Of a stretch of 50,015 bases of DNA, positions 17,990-28,665 are shown one piece after another (within the stretch, counting starts at the first letter, position 1; the number at the start of each line of letters is the position of its first letter). The stretch lies in contig NDHX01000010.1 in NCBI GenBank assembly GCA_013626165.1, forward strand, positions 1-50,015, in the 5' to 3' direction. Below the pieces are notes generated by a model. That model made no database searches. It was not told the origin of the DNA and worked only from the letters and a program-made list of their open reading frames with translations. Source of the DNA: Candidatus Velesiimonas alkalicola (GTDB taxonomy: Bacteria; Omnitrophota; Gorgyraeia; Velesiimonadales; Velesiimonadaceae). Made by a program: the position numbers and the translations under genes.

Positions 17990-20215
17990 CTAAATAGTTG
18001 ATTCTGTCTTACCTGTGTTTTTCACCTTTTCAAATTCCAATCTTATCTCTTTAACCTCTTGAGGTAATTTCCAGCACACAATATTCCCATTTTCTACAGG
18101 GTTAATTTCTACATTATCTGTCTGTCCGCCAAAGGGTTGAGAATTTTTTATAACATAACAGGAGGGAACAAAAACATATATCTTCCCCTCTATATCTGCC
18201 TCACCTGTAAGTTTTATACTAATAGAATCTTCTTTTGTCTCTATCGCCTCAACATCAACAAAGCCTTGCAGGATATGTCTTGTTGTTCCAATAAATTGAG
18301 GAACATCAAGGGATGGCCTTATACTGAGAATTTTAGAACAATGCGGTTCTAATAAAAGGCTTATACTATTACTATGGGTTCCAAGAAATCTTCCGTCCCA
18401 GTACTCAAACACCATATAAAAAGAATTTTCTTTTAAACCAATCTTTGAAAAATCAATCTGTATCTGTTTCGGTTCATCATCCCAGTTCAAAGCAGCAACA
18501 ACATGATAATCTTCCCATCCTGCTGAAAGAAAGATGTCAAGCAAGGAAGGCATATGTCCTTCAAACATATCAAGGGGTCTTGCACAAATACCAAGTATGG
18601 GGAAAAGTCCTTTTATAAGATTTAATTTATCAGTCTCTGTATCTGCAATAAATATACTGTTGCTTAACATACCTGAAACGGTTACCAAAAATTTTATTTC
18701 ATTTTCATTTAAGTCTACATTATTAGTTTTTAAAAAGCTCGCCTCATTTATCCATACTCTTTGATGAAGATACCAATTCAATATATTCTGTTTTAACTGT
18801 TCTTTTATTTCATTCCATTTGAACCTTAAAGGATGACCGATGATCGCACTGTCAAAAATATTTTTTTCAAATACAATACTTGGACCTTTTAAAATACCGC
18901 AAGCAGCAATATACAGTTGTTGCGGCGCCAGACTTCTTATAAAAGACATTCCTTCAAGATATGAAATAACAGGCAAAATACCATTATCAAACCTCTTTGC
19001 TTCAATTGCCTCATAATCAAGAAGGTCAAGCCTTAAAGAGTCAAATCCCCATTCATTTGTTATTTTCTCAATAAGTTTTTTTATCCATTCCTTTACATCA
19101 GGATTTGTGATATCAAGAACAAAGATACCATCTTTTTCAATATTGTTCTGATTCTCATCTTTCAAAAGCCACTCAGGATGTTCTTGTGCAGTGCTTGTGC
19201 TTTTTGAAACACAGAAAGGAGAAAACCAGAGACAGGGAATGAATCCCTCTGCCTTTAGTGTATCTGTTAGGTGTTTCATCCCTTGCGGAAACCTTTCCTG
19301 GTTCGGTTCCCAGTCCCCTGTCTGTTTTTTCCACCAGTGGTCTACCTGCACATACATAATGGGAATTACCTGCCTTATCTTTTTGGCATACTGGATAATA
19401 TTATCTTCATTTATATTCTCAACCGGCAAATCCCTGCCCGACCAACCAACAGGTATAATCCTTTTCAGGTGTAATTTTCTCTTTGATATAAAATTTGCAT
19501 ACATTTCCATTCCCTGCAAAATATTTTCAAACACCCCCACAAATACTGTCTGACTGTGTTTTTTATCATTTTCCATTGGTCTTGATACAGACTCAATATT
19601 TACATTTTTATCTATTTTTTGCATTAAAATTTTATCTGTTCCGGTTCCGATGCCTGTCCAACCTATAACACTTCCCACATTTGAGTCTGCATCCGAAATT
19701 GCAACTATATCAGATAAGGAGATTTCTTTCTTATCAATTTCTGATAAAGAAACAACTTTGGAATCACTAAATACAAAGAGTTTTCCCTTCCCAAATATCG
19801 GACCTTCAAATTTTTTACAAGAAAAACACAACGGCAGGAAATCAAAACTCCCTTCAACTGAGGATTTTAATTTTATAAAAACAAATGGCAGACTTTCATA
19901 TACTGTAACCTGAAATATAAAGGAAGGAAGGCTGTTGCCTTCATGAAGTATATTAAGGCTTATACATTTCCCCATTGAGTCTGTAATATCTTCCGGCTGT
20001 ATCCAACCTCTTCTGTATTCAAGGGATGTCAAAAAATCTTTTGGAGAATTGTCTTTATATATCCTTAATCCGGACTGGCAAGCAAAAATACCATTTTCTT
20101 TTTTTTTCTCTATCGCACATCCCCATATCCCCTCTCTTAAATCAAATGCAAACCTGATAAAATCATTCCAGATATATATACTATAATTTTTTGCCTCCCA
20201 ATTTTTCCATTCCAT
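17990..20215 (-). CDS. GH36/alpha-galactosidase-like protein with a divergent active site
   Basis: [57 protein letters not shown]; overlaps the dCMP deaminase end by 35 bp. Confidence 0.75.
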   Translation of the reverse strand: MEWKNWEAKNYSIYIWNDFIRFAFDLREGIWGCAIEKKKENGIFACQSGLRIYKDNSPKDFLTSLEYRRGWIQPEDITDSMGKCISLNILHEGNSLPSFIFQVTVYESLPFVFIKLKSSVEGSFDFLPLCFSCKKFEGPIFGKGKLFVFSDSKVVSLSEIDKKEISLSDIVAISDADSNVGSVIGWTGIGTGTDKILMQKIDKNVNIESVSRPMENDKKHSQTVFVGVFENILQGMEMYANFISKRKLHLKRIIPVGWSGRDLPVENINEDNIIQYAKKIRQVIPIMYVQVDHWWKKQTGDWEPNQERFPQGMKHLTDTLKAEGFIPCLWFSPFCVSKSTSTAQEHPEWLLKDENQNNIEKDGIFVLDITNPDVKEWIKKLIEKITNEWGFDSLRLDLLDYEAIEAKRFDNGILPVISYLEGMSFIRSLAPQQLYIAACGILKGPSIVFEKNIFDSAIIGHPLRFKWNEIKEQLKQNILNWYLHQRVWINEASFLKTNNVDLNENEIKFLVTVSGMLSNSIFIADTETDKLNLIKGLFPILGICARPLDMFEGHMPSLLDIFLSAGWEDYHVVAALNWDDEPKQIQIDFSKIGLKENSFYMVFEYWDGRFLGTHSNSISLLLEPHCSKILSIRPSLDVPQFIGTTRHILQGFVDVEAIETKEDSISIKLTGEADIEGKIYVFVPSCYVIKNSQPFGGQTDNVEINPVENGNIVCWKLPQEVKEIRLEFEKVKNTGKTESTI

Positions 20216-20669
20216 TCTGTTTTTCTCCTTTCACTACTTTTATATCTGCTTCTTTAAGTAAACTTCTGGCAAATTTATCGGGATAGTCTCCAAGTATCAC
20301 AACTTTTTTTATACCTGCATTGATAATCATTTTTGCACACATAACACAGGGATGATTCGTAGAATAAAGAACTGCCCCCGCAATGGGCACACCATACAGC
20401 GATGCCTGTATTATTGCATTCATTTCCGCATGAAGGCCTCTGCACAGTTCATGTCTTTCTCCGGAGGATATTTTTAATTTTTCTCTGAGGCAGCCAACAA
20501 CCTCACAATGTCTGATGCCCGATGGAGCACCGTTATAACCGGTTGCAAGCATCCTCTTGTCCTTCACAATAACTGCCCCAACCTTCCTTCTTAAACAGGT
20601 TGAACGGCTACTTACTATGGATGCTACACTCATAAAATAACTATCCCAACAGGGCCTTTTGTATTTCAT
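20181..20669 (-). CDS. dCMP deaminase (ComEB family)
   Basis: [26 protein letters not shown] zinc motifs. Confidence 0.92.
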   Translation of the reverse strand: MKYKRPCWDSYFMSVASIVSSRSTCLRRKVGAVIVKDKRMLATGYNGAPSGIRHCEVVGCLREKLKISSGERHELCRGLHAEMNAIIQASLYGVPIAGAVLYSTNHPCVMCAKMIINAGIKKVVILGDYPDKFARSLLKEADIKVVKGEKQNGMEKLGGKKL

Positions 20670-21910
20670 AATAAAAGAAACTTTGAGGTAAGATGTTTTA
20701 CTTCTGTTCTTATCTTTTTTTTTATTTTTTCATCACCAATATTCTTCAAAACCTTATCTATCATCTCTGAAATTATGTTTGCCTCTTCTGTGCCCATACC
20801 CATTGTTGTAATAGAAGGAGTACCTATCCTTATCCCGCTTGTAAGTGCAGGAGGTCTCTTATCATATGGTATCTGGTTTTTATTGACAATGATAAAACAC
20901 TCATCAAGTGCATTTGCGGCATCTTTCCCCGTAATATTTTTATCTGAAAGGTCTACAAGCAACATATGGTTATCTGTGCCGCCGGATACAATTCTATAAC
21001 CCTTTCGGCTTAAACTGTTGGCAATCTGCCTTGCATTTTCTATCACCTTTTGCTGATACTGTTTAAATGCAGGCTGCATAGCCTCTTTGAAACAAACCGC
21101 TTTTGCTGCAATTATATGCATAAGAGGTCCTCCCTGTATGCCGGGAAATACCTCCTGGTCAATCCTCTTGCCAAACTCTTTCCTGCATAATATAAATCCC
21201 CCCCTTGGACCTCTTAATGTCTTATGTGTGGTAGATGTTATAAATTCTGCATACTTAACAGGACTTATGTGTAGTCCTGCACTGACAAGCCCTGCAATGT
21301 GTGCCATATCAACAAGAAGATATGCACCTACGGCGTCACATATTTTTCTAAATTTTTTAAAATCAATAATCCTTGAGTATGCCGATGCACCCGCAACTAT
21401 CATCTTTGGTTTTTGTTTTTTTGCAATTTCAAGAATATTATCATAATCAATATGTTCGGTATTTTTGTCAACGCCATAACCTATAAAATTAAAAAATCTT
21501 TTTGAAAAATTAAGTGCGTGCCCATGTGAGAGGTGACCTCCACTTACAATATCCATTCCAAGAATAGTGTCGCCCGTTTTAAGCATTGAAAAATAAACTG
21601 CCATATTGGCAGACGAACCGCAGTGTGGTTGAACATTTGCATACTCGGCACCAAAAAGTGTACATGCCCTTTCTATTGCAATACTTTCAATCCTATCAAC
21701 ATTCTGACAGCCTTTGTACCAGCGAAGATGGGGATACCCTTCTGCATATTTATTTGTGAGCACAGAACCAGCCGCATCAAGAACGGCACTGCTTGCATAG
21801 TTTTCCGATGCAATAAGATTAACCTGTTCATTCTGCCTTTTAATTTCATCTTCTATTGCATTGTATATACTTTTATCAATATCTTTCAATGGTTTTAAAA
21901 TTTGTTTCAC
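20666..21910 (-). CDS. glyA: Serine hydroxymethyltransferase
   Basis: [41 protein letters not shown]. Confidence 0.98.
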   Translation of the reverse strand: MKQILKPLKDIDKSIYNAIEDEIKRQNEQVNLIASENYASSAVLDAAGSVLTNKYAEGYPHLRWYKGCQNVDRIESIAIERACTLFGAEYANVQPHCGSSANMAVYFSMLKTGDTILGMDIVSGGHLSHGHALNFSKRFFNFIGYGVDKNTEHIDYDNILEIAKKQKPKMIVAGASAYSRIIDFKKFRKICDAVGAYLLVDMAHIAGLVSAGLHISPVKYAEFITSTTHKTLRGPRGGFILCRKEFGKRIDQEVFPGIQGGPLMHIIAAKAVCFKEAMQPAFKQYQQKVIENARQIANSLSRKGYRIVSGGTDNHMLLVDLSDKNITGKDAANALDECFIIVNKNQIPYDKRPPALTSGIRIGTPSITTMGMGTEEANIISEMIDKVLKNIGDEKIKKKIRTEVKHLTSKFLLL

Positions 21911-22359
21911 TTTTCTTTTTCCTCTATTTCTTTTATCTGTTCAATTCTTTCTGTATATCTTGGTACTTTTCCTCCAAGAAAATCCGCACTAAGCCATTCA
22001 TCAACAATCTCTTTTGCTTTTTTTAAACTCGTAAATTTACCCGAAAGCACAAGGATATTTGCATCGTTATGCTGTCTTGATAAACGGGCACAAGTTTTTG
22101 AATTACACAGCGCCGCTCTTATTCCTTTTACCTTGTTTGCAACAATTGTCATTCCTATGCCGGAAGTGCATACAAGAATTCCTCTTTTATATTTTCCTGA
22201 ACGGACACTCTTTGCAACCCTGTATGCAACTTTCGGATAATCGCAAGGTCGTTCTGAAAATGTTCCGAAATCTTTTACAATATGAACCCTTTTAAGATAC
22301 ACAAAAATCTCACTTTTTAGATTATAACCGCCGTGGTCTGAACCCATTGCTATTTTCAT
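21907..22359 (-). CDS. rpiB: Ribose 5-phosphate isomerase B
   Basis: GSDHGG, DYP, CTSGIG, SRQHNDANIL. Confidence 0.93.
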   Translation of the reverse strand: MKIAMGSDHGGYNLKSEIFVYLKRVHIVKDFGTFSERPCDYPKVAYRVAKSVRSGKYKRGILVCTSGIGMTIVANKVKGIRAALCNSKTCARLSRQHNDANILVLSGKFTSLKKAKEIVDEWLSADFLGGKVPRYTERIEQIKEIEEKEK

Positions 22360-22832
22360 AATTTTTTAATTAATTTTCTTAAAGCACTTTCTATCATTAA
22401 CCTGCACTCTTCATAGACCTCTAACGGCTTCCTAAGCGGATCAGGAATTTCAAGACTGTTTTCTTTTTTATCAGACTGTCTTAAAAGCCAGGTTTTATTT
22501 AGTGCATTCTGTGAAATTGAACAAACTGCTTCAATGTGTTTGACCTCCATAACAAGTATAATATCTGCTGATAGAACCATCTGCTTTGTCAATCTCCTTG
22601 ACCTGTGATTGGAAATATCTATACCTATCTGCTGCATTACTTTTATTGCCTCATCTGTCGGAGGTGTTCCATCTGTTGCATATATTCCGGAAGATAAAAC
22701 CTTTATATTTGTAAAATAAGGTTTTTCAGATGCATTTTCTAGAAGTATCTTTTTTAAAAGTCCTTCTGCCATAATGCTTCTACAGGTATTACCTGTGCAC
22801 ACAAATAAAATATTATTATAATGTATTATCAT
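22356..22832 (-). CDS. Low molecular weight protein tyrosine/arginine phosphatase; start re-assigned to ATG 22832
   Basis: CTGNTCRS P-loop and IPDP. A consensus promoter lies inside the longer ORF-track extension, favouring the 22832 start. Confidence 0.88.
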   Translation of the reverse strand: MIIHYNNILFVCTGNTCRSIMAEGLLKKILLENASEKPYFTNIKVLSSGIYATDGTPPTDEAIKVMQQIGIDISNHRSRRLTKQMVLSADIILVMEVKHIEAVCSISQNALNKTWLLRQSDKKENSLEIPDPLRKPLEVYEECRLMIESALRKLIKKL

Positions 22833-22841
22833 TAAAAGTTT

Positions 22842-22870
22842 ATTATAATCCTGTACCTTTTTCCTGTCAA
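22842..22870 (-). promoter_or_regulatory. Consensus sigma70 promoter of the PTP-rpiB-glyA operon
   Basis: TTGACA(22870-22865)-17-TATAAT(22847-22842), 9 nt before the ATG. Confidence 0.8.
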
Positions 22871-23041
22871 TGAGAAAAAATCGTAGATTGTGGGAATGTG
22901 TAAGACATCCCCACATGTGGTATACTTCTGGTAAAAGGAAGGCTTAAGAAGACGAACCGGGCCGAGGTGACTTAAAAAACAAAAAAAGGTTTAAAAAATT
23001 AATTTTTTATGATAGTATACAAGTAAGTATATAAAGACCGA

Positions 23042-23320
23042 ATGGTCTTAAAATTGGTTGTAGGTAGAACAGTTATTAACAAGAAAACAGGAAATGTTAC
23101 GCTTTTTGCATTTGATAAAGAACAGGGATTAAGTGAGCATACCGCTCCTTATGATGCACTGATGCAGGTTATTGACGGTAAAGTTGAGATTAAAATATCC
23201 GAGAAACAACATAATCTAAAATCAGGACAGATAATAATTATGCCAGCCGGCAGTTTTTATTCTTTGAAAGCAATTACAAGCCTTAAAATGTTGTTAACAA
23301 TGATAAGGTCAAAAAAATAA
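23042..23320 (+). CDS. Cupin domain protein, possibly N-terminally truncated
   Basis: NVTLFAFDKEQGLSEHTAPYDAL...GQIIIMPA. Confidence 0.75.
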   Translation: MVLKLVVGRTVINKKTGNVTLFAFDKEQGLSEHTAPYDALMQVIDGKVEIKISEKQHNLKSGQIIIMPAGSFYSLKAITSLKMLLTMIRSKK

Positions 23321-23982
23321 TGAAACCTTTATACAAAAAAATAAAATGTACAGCAAATTATTTGCTAACTGTTTCCCTTTTGCTTTCCGGTTGCATACCC
23401 GCAAGACGAGTCTATACTCCCCCTCCTAGACAGGTCTATACTCTTCCTAAAACCCGTGATGGTTTTTATTATACCGTTAAGAAAGGTGATACATTATTTT
23501 CAATATCAAGAGCACACAATATTAAAATGCAAGATATAATTGACAGAAATCATCTCCCGGATCCAGGAAAATTAGAGATAGGACAAAAACTGTTTATACC
23601 CTTAACCCAATCATATATCTGGCCTGTAAGAGGGCGGGTAGTAAATTTTTTCGGAGAATCAATGCCAGGTGGGATTAAAAACAGGGGCATAGATATTAAA
23701 GCACCTGAGGGAAGCAGAGTTGTTGCTTCCAGAGAAGGAAGGGTTGTATTTTATGAAACAAATTTTAAAGGACTTGGAAAAGTAATAATTATTGAACACA
23801 GTGATGGCTATAGAACACTGTATGGCTCTAACAGAGAAATATATGTGAAATTGAATGATTATGTTAAACAGGGACAGCTCATATCAACCGTAGGAAATAC
23901 TGGAAGAAAAGGTATACCCCACCTTCACTTTCAGATAAGGAAAGGGCACGCCCCCGTAGACCCTTTATTGTTTTTACAATAA
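23320..23982 (+). CDS. LysM + M23 peptidase lipoprotein (NlpD-like)
   Basis: Lipobox LSGC; YTVKKGDTLFSI (LysM); NRGIDI; HLHFQIR. Confidence 0.88.
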   Translation: MKPLYKKIKCTANYLLTVSLLLSGCIPARRVYTPPPRQVYTLPKTRDGFYYTVKKGDTLFSISRAHNIKMQDIIDRNHLPDPGKLEIGQKLFIPLTQSYIWPVRGRVVNFFGESMPGGIKNRGIDIKAPEGSRVVASREGRVVFYETNFKGLGKVIIIEHSDGYRTLYGSNREIYVKLNDYVKQGQLISTVGNTGRKGIPHLHFQIRKGHAPVDPLLFLQ

Positions 23983-24019
23983 CTGAATGTATGGGAATTT
24001 TAATCCTGTACCTGTACTT

Positions 24020-24113
24020 GATTACACAGATTAGAAGATTAGATTACACAGATTAAAACATAAACAACCTTAATCCCTAATCTGTGTAATCGTTAGTTAA
24101 AATCTGTGTAATC
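24020..24113. repeat. Second GATTACACAGATT nested palindrome
   Basis: GATTACACAGATT 24020-24032 and 24042-24054; AATCTGTGTAATC 24079-24091 and 24101-24113. Confidence 0.9.
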
Positions 24114-24148
24114 AGTTAGCGAAACGAAGTGGAGTTTAACTGGTAATT

Positions 24149-25636
24149 ATGGCCAATGTTTTTGTCGGTAGAACTGAAGTATCAAATAACCTTATTAAAA
24201 GATTGAATGGTTTTCAAGAAGGATATAGACAGAATATAGCAATAATATCAGATACGGGAATCGGGAAAACGACATTGATAGAAAACCTTCTTTCCGATGC
24301 CAATAAACAAATATTTAATATTTTTATAATAGATGTCCGAGAAACAGACTTGTTTAGCAGTATATGTTTAAGGACAAAAAACTTTTATCTATCAGATATA
24401 AAACAGACCAATAACCTGCTGGAAAGTGCAGTATCATTATCAAAAAGTGGTGAAAACACCAAAGCATTTGAAAAAATATTACAGGTCTCATCAATCCTTT
24501 CTAAAATAACAGGTAAAAAAACATTATTTATAATTGAAGATTTTGACTTGCTTGAAAGATTCAACATCCACCGTTTGTTTGAAAGGCTCAGTAAGACCAT
24601 AATGGTTGAGAAAGACACAATGATTTTTCTTACAAGTTCAAGGCAGAAAACTGCAAAACACATACTCTCAAAAAAATTTTCACTATTGTTCGGTAATTTT
24701 GAAATTCTTCATCTGCAACCATTTTCTGTTTCAGAATCAATGCACTATATAGATACTTATTTTAAGAATACAGGTGAAGATATTAAAAAATTTCTGATAT
24801 ATCTTACACTCGGATACCCGTTATATCTTAAAACACTTTCTGGTCTTCCTCTGATAAACTGTGATACAATCTCTGAGAGCCTCTCCTCTGCCTCTTCCTC
24901 TGTGTATCAAATCTTCAAAAGAAAAACAGAAACAGAAGGAAGAGAACTTGATACAGTTGGTTTTAATATACTTAACATTATCTGCAATGGCACTTCTAAA
25001 ATATCAGATATTATAGAACTATCAAAATGCACAAAAAATGGATGGGCAAAAAATATTAAGATGCTTGAGGATATTGGCTGGATAAACAGGTTTGGAAATT
25101 TCTATACAATATCTGTCCCGCTGTTCGGTGTATGGCTATCGCAGATATTTGTACCTGAACAAAATTCACCCTTTATTTATCCTGGAAAGTTCTATAAAGA
25201 TGCTCATTGTTATATTGAAAAGGTCAGGGAAGATTTCTTTAAAAATTGTTCAAGAAAACCAGAAGACATATTAAAATCTGCAATCTGTTGTTTTAATGGA
25301 GAAAAAATAGGTTTTGAAGATGAATATATAGAAATACCGAAATTAGAATCTCTGTCTATAGATTATCTAAACGAATCTATATCCTGTATCACAGGAAAAA
25401 ATAATAAAAAAGATTGGTTTTTCCCTGTATCAAATAAATTTGTAGAGGAGAAAGACATAGAAACATTTCTAAAATGGCTGCCGGTAAAACCCAAAAAATG
25501 CAGAATAGAATGGTTAGCATTAAACAGTATAGGGCTTAATGCAAGAATCGTTGCAAAAGAAAGCAGGATAAATATAAGAGAAATTGAATGGATAAATCTT
25601 GCACTGAGGTGTCAGAATATAATGCCAATAATATGA
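24149..25636 (+). CDS. Archaeal-type/STAND-like P-loop ATPase domain protein
   Basis: FVGRTE, Walker A-like SDTGIGKT, Walker B-like FIIEDF, GYPLYL, followed by a probable winged-helix region. Confidence 0.7.
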   Translation: MANVFVGRTEVSNNLIKRLNGFQEGYRQNIAIISDTGIGKTTLIENLLSDANKQIFNIFIIDVRETDLFSSICLRTKNFYLSDIKQTNNLLESAVSLSKSGENTKAFEKILQVSSILSKITGKKTLFIIEDFDLLERFNIHRLFERLSKTIMVEKDTMIFLTSSRQKTAKHILSKKFSLLFGNFEILHLQPFSVSESMHYIDTYFKNTGEDIKKFLIYLTLGYPLYLKTLSGLPLINCDTISESLSSASSSVYQIFKRKTETEGRELDTVGFNILNIICNGTSKISDIIELSKCTKNGWAKNIKMLEDIGWINRFGNFYTISVPLFGVWLSQIFVPEQNSPFIYPGKFYKDAHCYIEKVREDFFKNCSRKPEDILKSAICCFNGEKIGFEDEYIEIPKLESLSIDYLNESISCITGKNNKKDWFFPVSNKFVEEKDIETFLKWLPVKPKKCRIEWLALNSIGLNARIVAKESRINIREIEWINLALRCQNIMPII

Positions 25637-26121
25637 AAATAGGGGTTCTTTCCGATATACACATACATAAGGGTCAACAAACCTTGCCCAAAAAGCTTGT
25701 AGATGCATTATATCTTGTGGATATGATACTGATGGCAGGTGATTTTGTAGATGTTTATGTTTTAAATTTATTCAAATCACTTCCCCATCTTGAAGCAGTC
25801 CATGGCAATATGGATTCATCTGAAATTATAAATATGTTTTCTTCAAAAAAAATAATAAAGGTTGAAGAAATAAAAATAGGACTTATACACGGCAACGGAC
25901 ATCCACAGGAGCTACCCGAAAAGGTTATGAAGGAATTTGAAAAAGACTGCGTACAGGTAATCGTATTCGGTCATTCACACAACCCTTATAATCGGATAAT
26001 AAACGGGGTTCTGCTTTTTAATCCTGGAAGCCCGACAGATAAAATATACTCTATCTATAATTCTTATGGAATACTTGAGGTTAATAAAAACAAAGTCAGA
26101 GGAAAAATTATTAGATTATAA
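25633..26121 (+). CDS. YfcE/MJ0936 metallophosphoesterase; start re-assigned to ATG 25633
   Basis: MKIGVLSDIH, AGD, VHGNMD, IHG, FGHSH, FNPGSP. Confidence 0.9.
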   Translation: MKIGVLSDIHIHKGQQTLPKKLVDALYLVDMILMAGDFVDVYVLNLFKSLPHLEAVHGNMDSSEIINMFSSKKIIKVEEIKIGLIHGNGHPQELPEKVMKEFEKDCVQVIVFGHSHNPYNRIINGVLLFNPGSPTDKIYSIYNSYGILEVNKNKVRGKIIRL

Positions 26122-26234
26122 AAGCCGCGTATTGTATTCCGTCGCCCGTAGTCTGTATTCTGTATTTTATATTTTTTAACGATATACGAAATATAAACGA
26201 CAGATAATGGAAAAGGGATAAAAAGAAGGATGAT

Positions 26235-27041
26235 ATGAACGATATACCTGTACTAAATGTAAAAGGCAAAACATTGCCTGAGACTTGGGAAAAGGCAGTT
26301 TTGTTAACCTGGAAAAAAGGATTAAAAATAAAAACAGAGTATGACAAGCCAGAGGACCCTGAAAGCAGAGATGCAACAATGATAATGGTTATTGATGAGC
26401 CTATGTCAGAACCACGCATACACAGGGCATTCCCAGCAGGACTTGAGGACCTTGAGATTTATCGTCAAGAGGTTGTCTATGGCATCCACGACCACTGGAT
26501 CTGCCCCGAGGAAGGGAAATGGACATATACATACCATCAGAGGCTGTTTTCGTATCCTAATGAAAAATCTACACTGGACCAGATTTCTTATATAGTTGAT
26601 AAAATTTCAAAGGTCCCCTATTCAAGAAGGGCACAGGCAATTACATGGATAGCGGGACTTGATCCAAAAACAGACGACCCACCCTGCTTGCAGAGAGTAT
26701 GGTGCAGACTTTCAAGATATAAAAACAGCTGGATATTAAATATGAACACACACTGGAGGTCAAGGGATGCATATAAAGCGGCATTTATGAATATATTTGC
26801 ACTCACAGACCTGCAAAAAACTATTGCAAAAAGAATACAAGAAAATATCTGTGAAAGTGTATCTGTGGGAAGATATGTTGATATAAGTGACAGTTTTCAC
26901 ATATATGGCTCATATTTTAAAGACTTTGAAAAGTTCTTAACTACTGTTAAAACAAGAACATGGGAAGAAAGAACATGGGGCACCGAATTTGCAGAGCCAA
27001 TATTTGAAGAGGCAAGGAAAAAGATTGAAAGAGAAAAATGA
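26235..27041 (+). CDS. thyA: Thymidylate synthase, archaeal-like
   Basis: YTYHQRL, SRRAQA, DPPCLQ (catalytic Cys), WRSRD, FMN (dUMP-specifying Asn), SFHIY. Confidence 0.8.
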   Translation: MNDIPVLNVKGKTLPETWEKAVLLTWKKGLKIKTEYDKPEDPESRDATMIMVIDEPMSEPRIHRAFPAGLEDLEIYRQEVVYGIHDHWICPEEGKWTYTYHQRLFSYPNEKSTLDQISYIVDKISKVPYSRRAQAITWIAGLDPKTDDPPCLQRVWCRLSRYKNSWILNMNTHWRSRDAYKAAFMNIFALTDLQKTIAKRIQENICESVSVGRYVDISDSFHIYGSYFKDFEKFLTTVKTRTWEERTWGTEFAEPIFEEARKKIEREK

Positions 27042-27574
27042 AAAACATCTGGGCACCATGGAGAATAAAATACATAAAAAATACCAATAAAGAAAAAGGA
27101 TGTTTCCTGTGTAATCTTTTAAAGAAAAACATTAAATTTAAAACCTCTTATATTATATGGAAAGGAAAATATACAACAGGGGTTTTAAACAAATTTCCCT
27201 ACACAAACGGCCACATAATAATTGCACCAAACCGTCATATAGACACTTTAAGCAGACTTAAAAAAGAAGAAAAGATTGAGATTATGCAGGCAATGGTAAG
27301 ATATGAAACCATTATAAAAAAAGCACTGAACTGTCAGGGTTTTAATATAGGTATTAATATAGGTAAGCAGGCAGGTGCAGGAGTGCCGGGACATATACAT
27401 ATCCATATTGTTCCAAGGTGGGAAGGAGATACAAATTTTATGTCAACACTTGCAAGTATAAGGATCATCCCGCAATCCTTATCCTCCACATGGCAAGCCA
27501 TAAGAGATGCTGAAAAACAACTCCTAAAACAATCAAAAGTAGAAAATACAAATCTTCTTGATTACTCAGGGTAA
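27038..27574 (+). CDS. HIT family hydrolase (Ap4A phosphorylase-like)
   Basis: IWAPWR, NKFPYTNGH, GAGVPGHIHIHIVPRW. Confidence 0.9.
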   Translation: MKNIWAPWRIKYIKNTNKEKGCFLCNLLKKNIKFKTSYIIWKGKYTTGVLNKFPYTNGHIIIAPNRHIDTLSRLKKEEKIEIMQAMVRYETIIKKALNCQGFNIGINIGKQAGAGVPGHIHIHIVPRWEGDTNFMSTLASIRIIPQSLSSTWQAIRDAEKQLLKQSKVENTNLLDYSG

Positions 27575-27615
27575 CTCTACGGGTCAGTTTTACCTTTTGC
27601 GTTTTGACTTTTGAC

Positions 27616-28542
27616 TTAAAGGGGTATTACTTTAATGGAAGGATAGAACTTACGAATTTCATCATAAGGGGCTAATTGGGTGCCCGGATATCTTATTGAG
27701 GCAGTGCCAGCAGCTACTCCCCAGCGTAAAGAGGAGAGAAAATCCTCTCCCCGGGAAAGACTACAGACAAGACCTCCTAAAAGGAAATCCCCGCTTCCTA
27801 CACTACTCTTTTCCAGTATACGGGGTGGTCTTATCCAGAAAGAACCTTCTTTATTCAGACCTATTGCGCCTTCTTTCCCCAAAGAGATAATTACCTTTTC
27901 TATACCGGAATTAAAAAGTCTTTGCCCCAGGGAGATACCCTCTTCTTTCTTCTCTATCTTCTTCTTAAATAGCCTTCCTAATTCATAAAGGTTCTGCTTT
28001 AGAATCTGTGGCTTTTCCGATACTCCATATTGACCAGGTTTTCCATCAACATCCAGGGCAATTTTAACTTTTCCTTTTAGCTTCTTAATAATTTTCTGAT
28101 AGATATTTTCCTTTACTCCCAATGGTAGACTTCCGGAGATAATAAAAAAATCACCCTTTCTATAGGAAAAAGAGGTTATCTTTCTAAGAAGTCTGTTTAT
28201 CTCTTCACTTTTAATCCTTGGCCCAGGTTCATTTAAACGGATGACCCTTCCTTTTTTCTCAAATATATTGTAGATAAGACGAACCTCCCCCACAGTCCTT
28301 ACAAAGGAAAAAGGAATTCCTTTTTCAGAAAGTAGATGTTTTAATCTCTTTCCGTTTTCTCCTCCAATAAGGCCAAGAGCAAGAACCTCTCCTCCAAACT
28401 CCTTAACCGCTTTAGCCACATTGATTCCTTTTCCGCCCGGGTCTTCATAAACCTTCTTCAGACGGTTAATGTCGTCATTTAGAATTTTAGGAAGGTAAAA
28501 GGACTTATCCAGGCTGGGGTTAAGGGTCAGGGTATAAATCAT
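27616..28542 (-). CDS. 1-phosphofructokinase family hexose kinase (PfkB)
   Basis: TLTLNPSLD, PGGKGINVA, SGSLPLG, VGSGD; near PTS genes, FruK-like. Confidence 0.88.
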   Translation of the reverse strand: MIYTLTLNPSLDKSFYLPKILNDDINRLKKVYEDPGGKGINVAKAVKEFGGEVLALGLIGGENGKRLKHLLSEKGIPFSFVRTVGEVRLIYNIFEKKGRVIRLNEPGPRIKSEEINRLLRKITSFSYRKGDFFIISGSLPLGVKENIYQKIIKKLKGKVKIALDVDGKPGQYGVSEKPQILKQNLYELGRLFKKKIEKKEEGISLGQRLFNSGIEKVIISLGKEGAIGLNKEGSFWIRPPRILEKSSVGSGDFLLGGLVCSLSRGEDFLSSLRWGVAAGTASIRYPGTQLAPYDEIRKFYPSIKVIPL

Positions 28543-28665
28543 CTTAATTCGGGATCCTCCATTTCGTTTCTCCTAAAAGGATATTAGAAACAAAATTACC
28601 GATTTTTTCAATTATTGTTATTTTATCGTTTGACATATTTTTATTAAATTAAAAAATATAATATC

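Noticed and set aside
17790-17990. Possible riboswitch or 49 aa ORF between the TIR element and the GH36-like gene
   Set aside because: I could not match a convincing aptamer consensus or protein motif.
26235-27041. ThyA homologue as a phage-like dCMP hydroxymethylase (DNA hypermodification)
   Set aside because: It retains the Asn (FMN) that specifies dUMP; hydroxymethylases have Asp there, and no glycosyltransferase or kinase partners are adjacent.
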